NCBI GenBank assembly: GCA_964527765.1
Contig: CAZGQR010000010.1
Location: 1,680-65,679 of the forward strand
Direction: 5' to 3'
DNA: 64,000 bases
Source: an uncultured Planctomycetia bacterium
Lineage (GTDB): Bacteria; Omnitrophota; Gorgyraeia; Tantalellales; Tantalellaceae
Shown here: piece by piece, positions 12,501 to 24,500 of the stretch
Position numbering within the stretch: position 1 is the stretch's first letter
Layout of the letters: the number at the start of each line of letters is the position of its first letter
Program-made: the position numbers and the translations under genes
Notes under the pieces: generated by a model
Databases searched by the model: none
Told to the model about the DNA's origin: nothing
Seen by the model: only the letters and a program-made list of their open reading frames with translations

Positions 12501-15500
12501 CGAGGAAAAGAACGTCGGCGCCGCCATGAGCGGAATTTTTAACCTGATAGCGGAATGGCTGATCGAGAAGGACAAACGGTACGGCAGGACCGACCGCGAA
12601 AAACTGGTAAAGGCGATATCGCAGGTAAGAGGACGTATCAGCGCCTCAGATCTGGAAGATACGCTTTTTCATTATTTCGATGGGGAATCAAGGGAAGCTG
12701 TTTCAGGGGAATTACCGGTCCAATCCGCGGCAGAAGAGGCGGAAGAACTTCAGCTGGAAGTGGACATCCGGGAGATCCCGCTGTTCGCCGCCTTATCGCA
12801 AGACCGGCAGGAAGAGATCCTCGGGTCCGAAACCCACAGAGAAAGGCTGGAGAAACTGGTAGAGGTTTTGAGCGCCGGATACGAGGGGTCTTCCGCTGAT
12901 GTCAAGGCGGAAATATGTAAATGGATCCCGGTAATTTATATTTCCCAGTTCCAGCCGGCCCTGAATGAATTTGCCGGCATGAGAGCGATCTCGGACGTGA
13001 TCGAAGAAGTTGCGATCAGGGATGGATATGGATGGATAGAGGGCGTGGAAGCGAATATTATCAAGAAGCGAAAGGGAGAACCCGTCAGGAAGGACGAGGA
13101 TGATATAGGGAAGGAGCTGACCAGGGATCTGGTCATGGTTATTATTGAGAGCTGGATAACGGGAAATTTTACCGAAGAGGAGTTGCGGGAGGACTGGAAC
13201 GAGCTGCTCTATGAAGCAAAGGATGAGGTTGAGGAGGCGTTGAGGAGCGGAGACACGGAGAAAGCGAAAAAAATAGTCACGGATGCAGCTGTCTATTCAG
13301 AAATCCAGGAAAAAGAACCAGGACCACAACCGGCAGGACCAGAACTTCCATCTGCGGAACCGGAATTGCTGCAGGCTGAACCGAAGTCCCTGCGACGGAT
13401 AGAACCCCCGAAGGAACATCCGCGGGAAGTTATAGCTGCGGACAGCCGGAAAGAGCTGATAGAACAGACCGTGAGCGATTATCTTGAAAGATATCCCGGG
13501 TGGGAAAAGGTCTTTCGTCTCAGCATATCGGATGTTGTCGCCAGGATAATAAACGGAAAAGACCTTACTTGGCGCAGGGATATGGACGAAAAACAGATAA
13601 TATCCCGGATGGCACGTAAGTTCATCGGGAACTATTTCAGGGAAAAAGGCGCCGAGTATGTCTTTGAATGCGAGTACTGGGACATGCTTCGCCACGATCA
13701 CGAAGAGGCCATAGCTCTGCTTGAAGAGACTTTAACCGCGGATGAACCGGTTGCCGCTCTGGAAAAAGCAATGCTTATCAGGGTCGCGCCCGTGTATCTT
13801 TCACGGTTTCAGCCGGCGCTGAATGAACTTGTGGGGGGAGAAGATGTCTTGTCCGGGCTTGTCGGAAATGTTGTTGAGAAAGTATATGAGCCGGAGAAGG
13901 GTAGCGCTCCCCGCGAAGATGCGGGAGGGGCCCTTATCCGGGATCTGATCATTCTTGTCGTTATCGAATATGTAAAGGAAAATTTCTCCCGGGAAAAACT
14001 GCAAAGCAACTGGCAAGAAAATATCTTTGCCGCGAGAGAAGATATCGAAAGCAGCCTACTGTACGGTTATGAGCAGATCACCAGAGAAGTGATTTCAAAA
14101 GCAGTCGATGTTCCGACGGACGTCGGCGGGCCGGGGAATATCTATTCTTTTATGCTTCTAGCGTTCTTGCCGTTCACGGGTATTGTGCCGGGGTTGAGCG
14201 TTTTGATGCTGTTAACTACGCTTCTTTTCGTCCTTTTCGCCCCGGGCTTTGAGTTCAGGCAAAAAGAATATGACAGCAGATATGCCGAGAGGCCCCTGCG
14301 CTTCGCTCTTTACAGGAAAAATACAGGAGAACGGGCGGCTGCGGTGAGGATTTTCTTTAAAAATACTGCGGGAGGGCACGGCGTCCTGTTTATAGATTAC
14401 CTGACGGCCCGCAGCCTGGAAGATGCTTTGGCGATAATGTTCGCTTTGCTATGGGGCAGGGAAGCCGTAAAGCGCGTCGCTTTCGGACGCGTGTTCATAA
14501 AAGGGATCAAAAAGAAAGAAGTCATCGACTATTTTAAAAAGAAAAAGCTGTTGGGTGCATGGAAGATACCGCCGATGTCCTTCGACCGGCTGATGCGATC
14601 AGGATTGAGCGGCGCAAGCAATACGGTGCCTTCGTCAAAGGTATACTCGGTCAATAGATTTCACCACTGGTTCAAGATAAGAAAAGCCGGGGAAGCGGCC
14701 CTGAAAAGGCTTAAAAAAGGTCGTATCAGATGGGCTGAAGCCACGAAAGCGGCGAAACGCTATTTAGTAAAACTTCTTGCCAAGGAACTCGGGAAAAGGC
14801 CGGGCGAGTTAAATACGCAGGATTTCGGGAAAAGGTCTAAAGTGTTCGGCAACAGGTCCTTAAGCGGTCTTTTGAGGTCATATGTCGGGCCGGCCAGACC
14901 TTCCGGTAAAGGTGCTCATATCAAAGGGCTCAAGGCGCTGAAAAAAGATCTGGGGATAAAAGACGTTCTCGCACGGATCATTACAGAGAAAACTATCCTG
15001 AAAAGATTTAAAAGGGGATATGTTACGTGGTCAAACACCACGAAGAAAGCCAGGATCTATCTTGTAGAACTTGCCGTCAGAGAACTCGGCAAAAAACCGG
15101 GCGAACTGACCACTAGTGATTTCGGCAAACCGTTCAAAGTGCTCGGAGGTAAATACCTGAGCGGGCTTTTGGAATTCTACCAGAGGGTAAATAAATTTTC
15201 CGGCGAAGAGGGCGCGGGCGCCAAGGCCCTTAAGGCGCTGAAGCAGGACCTGGGTATAAGAGACATTGCCGTCGAGATCATTACGGAGAAAACAGTCCTG
15301 CAAAAGCTCAGATGGGGCCGGATCGACTGGACAAAAACCACAAGGAAGGCAAGGCGCCATCTCGTTGAAGTTCTTGCCAGGAAGTGCAGAAAAAAGCCGG
15401 TAGAGCTGCGCCAGGAGGATTTCAAGAAAACCTCAAGAACATTCGGTGATAAAAATTTGATCGGCCTTCTGGAGTTTTATGTCAGGAAAAAATCCATTAC

Positions 15501-18500
15501 CGGTAAAAATTCTTATGGTAAAGCCCTCAAGATATTAAAGAATGAGCTGGGGATAAGAGAAGAGCCGGGAGAGGTTACGGAGAAAACGATTCTGGAAAGG
15601 TTCAGGCGAGGCAATATTAAGTGGGCGGATGCCACGAAAAAGGCAAGGAGACATCTTGTAAAGATCCTGGCCGGAGAAGTCGGCAAAAAACCTGCAGGCT
15701 TGCTCGTTTCGGATTTCGGCAAAGAAATCGGAACATTCGGCAATAAACGTCTGGTCGGCCTTTTGGAATTTTACATGAGGGCCGATAATCTTTCAGGCGA
15801 AGGCTCTACAGTGGAAGCTCTCCGGGCCCTGAAGGCGGATCTTGGTATAAAAGATTTTACAGGTTTTAAGGCGCCAGGGCCAGCAGTATTCGCGATCGGG
15901 GCATTTATCGCGGCGTTTTTCGGCAAGCCCGCGCTTTTGTCCGCGACGGAAACATACAGCTTAAGTAGGCTTGCGCTGTCCGGCTTTGCAGCCCATCCCA
16001 TGCTTGCTCCGCCATACTGGGGATTTTTATTGCCCCTTCTGTTGGTTTTCCCCGCTCTTATCTCATTTCTTAATTATATAAAGCCCGCGCCCGAAAGCGG
16101 CAGTTTACCTTGCAGAATCTATTCTTTTCTTAAAGCGCGATCTGAGACCACGGACCGGTTCTTTGGCGCAGAGAAGATCCAGAAAAATATAGAAGGCAGG
16201 AGGCCGTCTCTTAAGGATATAAAATATGTTTTGGGAATACTGGTCGATCTCGGCCTTGTCGAACTGAGAACAAAATGGCACGATGAAGTATATAGATGCA
16301 AAAATCCGCGCTTAAGCCCCGATAAGCACAGAGCCATAGAGAACGTTCTGAATAACCTCGGCGAAAAATTCGCTCCGGAAGAAAAAGAACAGGCGCGGAA
16401 GGAACTTGAAAGGAACGATGTATATACAGATACCGGTAAAGGGTACAAATTTTCCGCGCATAATATAACCGATGATTCTATAAAAGCATTGCAGTTCTCC
16501 AGCGAGAATCTCGGGGAGTTTACCCGGATCTTGGACGATTTTGTTGAGCCGCCAGGCGCTAAGCTCAGCACCGGAAGGCGGCGGGAACTGAAGCAGAATC
16601 TGGAGGATGTTTTACCCTGCGTTGAAAAGATCAAATCGCTATTGAGAGGACTGGGAAAAAGGCAAAGGAAGAACCCGGATGTAATCTGGATCGCTCACGA
16701 TATACATCTCATGGCCATAGATTGTTGCGAGTCTCTCGGGGCAATAATCGGGAACCTGTCCCCGGAAGGAAAAGATAAACAGGGAGAGGGACAGTACGTT
16801 AAGGCAAAAGCCGTTCTCGCAAAACTCCGCTTGATCGACGTCAGAGACTTGAGTAGCGATATAATCCTGGCGAAGGCGGGCTCTCCGCTGAAACGGAAGA
16901 GGCCCGTTCCCGCTGCAAAAGAGGTCGTAGAGGAGATCGAAGAGTCAGACGACGATGACAGTTTACCGGGCGAGGACAGCAGTTTATCGCGGAAGACCGC
17001 TGGATCTGAAGCCCCCGCAGCCACATTTCCAGAGGAAACCGTTGGGTCCGGGGAGGAAGCCGCTAATGAACCGGACAAGGTTCCGGAAATCTCTCAGGAT
17101 GAGTCACCGTCTCAAAAGTTATTAAAGGCCTATAGGGAAATATTAAGAGAGGGTCATAAGCCCACATTAAAGGAACTTGCCGGGAAGCTCAGAGTAAGCG
17201 CTGAAGAGGCGAAAGATGTGCTCGCGCAGGTGAATCTTGAGCTGGGGAAAGCCGGCATGCGGCATCTTACGGTTGAACCGGACGTAAGGCGCGATCTGGC
17301 GGGTCTCCGGGCGGAAGATCCAGACAGGATGCTGCAGGAATACATAAGAAGGGGCAAGGTTATTGAATATGTGAGAGATGAAAGTACCGGGAAATGGCTG
17401 GCGTACCGGTTGAAGTATATTGCAGGCCGGAGCTGGAGGGTGAGAGGAACATCAGAAGAAAGGATCCCGGTCCCGGGACGCGATCTGGACAAAAAGCAGA
17501 ACCGGACACTTAATAGCGTGCTCAGAAATCAGTTCAAAAAACTGAAACTTTCCGATGATAAGATGCCTTCCTTCTGCGTGATGCTCGGCAAGACGGTCAT
17601 AGGATGGGGCGGAGGAATAGAGAAATGCAATATTCTTCATACCGGTTACAGGAGGAAGAGGATATGGATCGGGGAGCATCTATTCAACGATTTCTTGCGG
17701 CCTAAATCCAGCCAGCGCGCGGCAGCCCTGGAAGAAGAATTAAAACATATTAAGGACAGGGATCATGCGGATTCTCATGATGCCGGATACAAGAAGCTTC
17801 TGGCGCGCGTGCTGGAACATGCCAGGAAACTGGATGAACTGGCCAGGGCCCTGACCATGGAAAAACTGAGGTTCGTTAAAGATCATGTCGCCGGATGGGC
17901 ATTTCGTTCTTCGATCAAGACTCACGTGGAATGCGGGAATTTTAAAGAAGCGCTGGAACTTGCGAGGATACTGGAAAGAGTGACCGGTGATTACCACGCC
18001 AAAGAGATCATCGAGAAGATCAAGTCTTTTATTGACTGGAAAAAGACGAAGGAGCCGGAATTAAGGGCCGCAAGAAGCGAAAGACAAAAAGGTAAAGGCA
18101 AGTTGTCCAAGGCAGAACTAAGGGCATTAGACTCAAATGTCAGGAAGCTGGAAGGTCAGAAGAGAAGGATCGAAAAGGCAAAAAGAAACCTGGATCCATT
18201 ATTCAACGGATTGAGGCAATGGATGCCCAGATATATAGATAAGTCGTATTTCGGGGAACTTGGCGCGGCGGATACAGGTACGGTAACAGCGCTGTCTCTT
18301 CTGAGCATGCCGGTCTTGACGCTGCTCTCCGTTTCAGATGAGATCCAGGGGCTGGTGATCGTGCTTGTGGTGCTGACACTGATAGCTACCAGTACGGGAA
18401 TATTGGTCTATCGTGCGATTAAGTGGGCTATCCGGGGCATGACGGGGCAACCGCAGCGTCAGGGTACGCTGAAAAGCTTATCGGAAAGCGCCCCGGAAGA

Positions 18501-21500
18501 CATGCCGGAAAAGACATCGGAAAGCACGGCAAGCATGCTCGCCGATGAAATATTTTCCATGTATCCGGAGGGGTTTGCCAAAAGCCATGTCGGAAGGGTA
18601 ATAAGGATCGCGGATCTTCTGGTCCGCGAATTGGGCCTGTTAAAAAAACGCGCCGTTAAGGTGAAGATCCTCGCGGCAACACACGATTTCGGGTCACCGG
18701 TAAAACCCGCAAATAAAGAGATGGCCGACAGAGTACGGAGGATATTATTGCATAAAGGCGTAAATATTCCTAAAAGAAAATCAAGAGATCTGGCTGAATA
18801 TGAGCGCTTGCGCACATTATTCAAGGTGAGAAAAGACGAATTTGATCCCAGAGAGATCGAGATCGCCCTTGATGCATTCCAGGCCCCGCACACTTTGCGC
18901 GCTCTTACGGAAACGGGGTTCAGATTTTCAAGTTTTGTCAGGGTAATAATACTTTTTCACCATCACCTTAGAGAGCTGGAAGCTTTCATGGATAGCCAGG
19001 GCTGGCCAGAGGAGGAAAAAGAAGAAATACGCCTGATCGCTTCGGTCCTCGTCGCGGCGGATGTCGTAGAGAACGGCATGAACCTGTTCAAAAGGATTTA
19101 TTTCAAAGGTGCCGACAGAGCGGAGACCTCGCAGGAAACACTGGATTTTCTGAAGGAAAAGAGCGGCATAATGAAACGCGAGGTCATTGGCGCGTATCAA
19201 GCCCTGATAGACCGCAATGACCGGGAATTGGCATCGATAGCGAAAGATGCCAGCGTTTTTACTCCGCAGGAAGAGGAAGCCCTGGAACAGGCCGGCCTTT
19301 TCCCGCAGGCTCAGCGGCGGGCGCCGCCAGAACATTCTTTCAGAGCGGTCTCCGGTTTCCGGGCGAGCATTTTGATGCTCACCGTGGCCCTTCTTGGCAT
19401 GTTCGGCGGCGTGCTTCAGCATATTATACAGGGCGATATCACGGCTATAACATTTTTTGCGGTAGCCGCTTTCTTATATTTCAGTATTGCAGCAATAAGA
19501 TATTTTCTACTTGGATCAGAGACACGCCAGGCCTTGATCAAGGAAGGTGTTTCTCCCAAAGAGGCTAGCAGGCGGTACATTGCCAGGTCCGGAGGGTACC
19601 GACATCCTGCCTTTAGCGAAAACGAATTTCCGTTCTGGTGTCAGCGTCTTGTAAATATACATGAATCCTACCAGAGCCATTTCTGGGGCATGGTCTTTAT
19701 CATGCCGCTTTTTTATAAGATCACACATCTTGGAAAGAGGGGCGCTCTTTTGAAAAGGGAGAGAGAGCTTCTGATGCAGAGCAGTTTCGCCTATCTGGCA
19801 GAGACCTTGAGAGGTCTGAGGGGACAGGAGAAACCCAGGCCCGGCAAGGACCCCTGGAGGAGTACTAGTATAAGTGGCGCTCCGCGGCTGTGCAAGAGAT
19901 GGAACTCCGAACGTCCCAGGGATGCGGATCAGAAAAAAGCCAGGAGAAGAAAGGACAGAGCCGCCAAAGGAACAAAGGTCATAGCCAGAAGGGGATGGAA
20001 ATTCAAATCAGAAATGAAACACGGCCTTTTTCCGTCACAGGTAGAAGCGGAGATAATGGAAAACGTGGGCCAGAGCGTTCTGGACAAGGCGTATTACCAG
20101 GATGCATTTGGCATGTTGAGCAACCTGCCCGGCGAGAAACTTTTATGGACCAATGAAATATCGGCAGACAAGAACAAGAATCTGCATTTTCACCTGTTTA
20201 AGCTGGGGAACCCCTTACCGATCGAAGAATATGAGCTTGAACCATTGTGCAGGGACCGGGATGATGAGAGCGTGATATTCAAGGTGCGCGGATATCCGGA
20301 AGAGAATAATCCTATTGCCGTATTTGCGGTTAAAGGGCGCCTGGACAGTCCGCACAACAGGAGCCTGGTAAGCGCAAGGTGCTGTAACATAGAGGAGATC
20401 ATAAGGAATAACGGTTATACCGTGGATAAGGTTATTACTGCGGGAAAAGAAAAAGAGGTAACAGTTTTCTTTTTTCCCAGAAGGAGGGGGTACGCGCAGT
20501 TCTTTTCAGAAGGGGAACTGGAATTGGTCGGCCCCCTGGCGATGAGCGGAATATGGACCCTTCCGGGCCGTAAGGAATACAAGGATTTCGGTCTTGATAA
20601 TATTCAGGATGTTTTTTCAAAAGTGGGAGTTGTTCGCGAGAAAGGCGAGAGACTCGAGCAAATGTGCAGCGAAATAGAGAGGAATTTCCACGAGACGGAG
20701 GGCACGGGCCTGCTTCCGCCGAGCGTGTACTTCAGGGTTCTGGATTTTGATATGAAGGAAAAGGAAGAACACCCGGAAAAATTGCAGATCGTGGGCGTAG
20801 ATGAAATAGTGAAAAAGGGCGCAGAGGAAGGAATGCCTGTAAAACTTTTGGACGTGTCTGAAACACAGAAAAAGATAGTGGATATCCTGTCCGAGAAAGG
20901 CGTGAGAAGGATAAATTTTGTTCCCGATCTGTCCGATGAAGGCCTTGAAAGCATGGAAAACTGGGGTTCGATCGTAGGTCTTCTTGAATATGCCAAAAGA
21001 AAAGGCATGACCACGGTTCTTTCTCTTCAGGATTTCGTGGCCAGGAGCAGGAAACTTGAGGAGAATCTGCCTTCCATATATCTGGCTGTTCTGCCGTTCG
21101 TGGATAAGATCTCTTTTGAAGTAAACAGCAAGAACGGCCACTTTGAAAAAATGCTGGAACAGATCAAAAGATATTGTTCGACCAAGACCATTGAGATCTA
21201 TACATATGTTACGACCCAGAACCAGTACGAGATAATCGCTTTGGGCGAATTATTCCAGGAGAAACTGTCCGACGTAAAAGAATTTGAATGGGAAGTAATA
21301 CGCGATCCCGAATCGGAGTCGGCGATAAACGAAAAAGATTACGAGAGTTTGACCGCCCAGATGCGCGTGAGATACCCCAATTCCCGCGATCAAAAAACCA
21401 GCATGAAGATCAATTATGTCCTGTTCGGAAGAGAGGCGTCGAGCCTGTATGTGTCCGGCAACGGAAGCCTGGGTACAATGGAAAAAGGCGAGATACGCGC

Positions 21501-24500
21501 ATTTGCCGATCTTCGGGATCAAAACATGCTTGAGACCAAAAATGTCCGGGACAAATTCAGGATTATAATCGACAGGGTACGCGAACTATCCACTTATATC
21601 CCCAGAGAACTTCCTGCAGCGGCCCGTGAACGCGTACACGGAGGCCTCATAAAGGACATAATGAAGATGTACCCGAGGCTCGGACTATCCGATCTTGTTT
21701 CTCACGTTCACAGGGAAATAGAACTTGCGGAGGAGATAGCCGGAAGGATGGGGCTATCGGAAGAGAAAGTGCTTACCCTGAAACTTGCGATACTCGTGCA
21801 CCATCTGGGCCATCGTTCCAGGGTAGGCGAATACAGGGATGAGTATATTAAGATCAGGTCCGCAATGCGGGAAAAGTACCCCGGCGATAAGAGTAAATTA
21901 TGGCATATCCAGGATGCGGTCAGGGATCTATTGGAAGAAAAAAATGTTAAGAACGTTCCGAGAAATATGAGATTCGGAATTTTTTGCAAAGCGATAGGCG
22001 GACTATTAAAGGAAAAGGGGCTTAACAGTAAAGACCATCTTAATGAAACACAGGCGATGATAGTCCGGTCGATATTCAATATGAGGGAATACGCGCTGAA
22101 TGTATTTGAGGGTCTCGATACAAGTCTTTCGGATAAAGCGAGCGAAGATATGAAAGCGTTATTTGAAACCGTTCCGGAAAGCGTAAAGAGGGACGTGAGA
22201 ATGCTGCTCAAGTATTACGGCAGGTACCGGGAGTTCAGAGAGGAACTCCGGGAGGACGAAGGGCTCATCCGCATGGAATCGTCCATTTCTCCTGAAAAAA
22301 TGAAGCAGCTTATTTCGATAATCAGAATATCAAGCACATTTACCAACAGGCTGGACAGGACGGTCCGGGCGGAACTGCGAAGGGAATTAACTGATTCACT
22401 CTCCGAGGCGATAGAATTCATCATTAAGGATATCGAGCTGGAAAAAGAAGAAGGCGAGGAAACCCTGGAGGCCGTCAGTGAGCTGCTTAACGTGCTTAAG
22501 GACTTCGGGAGGGATCCGCGTATTTTGGGCGAGCTGAATAATCTGCTTGACGAGAAGGGCGGGCAACTGAGGTATAAAAACAGCATGTTCTTGAGATATC
22601 TGAACTCCGACGTTGATCTGGCACCGGATAACTGCAAGGGGGTAATAAGAAATTATCATGATTATGAGGAGGGTATTACCATAGGAACATATTACAGGTG
22701 GTCTACATCATGCCTTCGGGCCGGTGTTTTTGCCGGGGTCATGGCCGTAATCACGGGTTATGGTCCGGTGGTATTTCCCGGCGTTTTAGTTGTTCCTTTG
22801 GCTTTGTGCAGCGTTTTATTGCTTTTCTCGAGTTTATGGTTTTTCCTGATAGCGGAAAGGTGCAAGGAAGCCTACGAGGTGGGGTTCGTCGGGAGATGGC
22901 ATGAAATGCTTATTGATGGCCTGGCAATCAGCGCGTATCGACCCGATGAGATCGTTCAGGCGGCGAAGGAACTCGTTGATAAAAATCCTGAAGATGGAAA
23001 GAACAAGGCGGACATATTTCTTGAACAAATGGCCGATCTGACGGGCGAAAAGGTATTGCTGTTCAAAGAACGCCGGATAGCGGAGCTGATCCATAAAGGC
23101 TTGCTTGAAGACGCGGAAAAAGAAGGCAGGGGAGGAGAGTATCTTAAACTGGCGGGAAAATTGTTGAGATGGAAATACCCCGATGACGAAATCAAAGTGA
23201 GGATCAAAGAGCATGTGCAAACGAAAAAGGACCCGAATGAACTGTGGGATATATATGAATTTCTCAGCCTGCATATCACTGAAAAGATCTTCTCGGATGT
23301 CCTGTTCAGGCTGATGACCGTAAAGGTCCTTGATGAACCAAATACCGAATTAGAGAGCCTGGAAAAGGCAGCCAGAGATGAACTTGAGAAACGGCTCAAA
23401 ACAGAATATGCGGAAGCTTATGCCGAAATAAGAAAGTCATTATGGGGCAGGGGTAATGTCAGTAAAAAGAAGATCCATAAGTTTATATCCGAGTATCGCA
23501 AGCGCAGTGAAGCAAGACCGTACAGGGTTTTGAGAAGAAAAGAAAGATATGCGATTTTTCTTGAAGCAGCGGCTGAAAAGATGGGTAAAATTGAGCTGAG
23601 CGACATTGAAAAAGACATAGCCCGGGCGATATTCAAAGGACGTGAATGCACAAAGAAGGACTTTGAGAGAATGGCCTCCCGTCGGATACATAAACAGGCG
23701 TCGGAGCGCGTCATAGCCAGGCGGCGCCCGCATTTCGGCATTCTTGAGATCACGGATTATAACGCGTTTTCCATGTTGCCAACTGTGGTTAAAAAAATAA
23801 TAGAATTGCAGGATCTATATGAAAATCAGGACAAATGCATGCTCTGTTCATCTTTTCCATGTTACCGCTATTATACCAGTGAAAGGTCAGTGGCAAAATG
23901 CCTGAACGAAAGACTTATTGATGACATGCCGATGGCCAGAAAAGAGACCCTCAGGTTCGATAGGAGCAGGAAAGAACAGTTTGAGCTTAAAGGAGACACA
24001 TGGGAATGGAAGGAAGGGGACGGAATAGCGCTTGTAGGGGATATAAGCAAGGATCTGAAAGATGCTATCGGCGAATTACAGGAAGAGCTGAAAAAGAAAT
24101 TCAGCACCGGGAGATTGCAATTAACACCAAAAGATGAGCTCCATTTTACCGTAGCTATAATCAGGGATAATACCGCAGGCCCCGTTAAAGATACGGAAGA
24201 AAAGGAAAGAAAGGCCCTTATAGAAAAAACAAGGAATATCGTGATAAAGGCCCTGGCCGAAAGAAAAGTCGGTTTAAAGGTGAGTTTCAGCCTGAAACAT
24301 GTTGTTCTTAATAATAATGCCGATATCATTCTCATCGGCGAAGTGAGCAATCCCCTGCTGAACTATGTAAGGACCAGCATGAGGGAGGATCTGGATGCGG
24401 TCAAAAAAGATATAATTCACGTGACGATAGGAAGGATATTCGACAGGGACATAGAAGGAGATGAGGTGGGAATACTGACGAATATAATAAAACGGCACGG

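Noticed and set aside
21690-21830. A fourth HD domain (LKLAILVHHLGH)
   Set aside because: It has the H...HH spacing but lacks the Asp of the HD dyad. It is probably a degenerate or non-catalytic copy, so it is mentioned but not listed as a feature.
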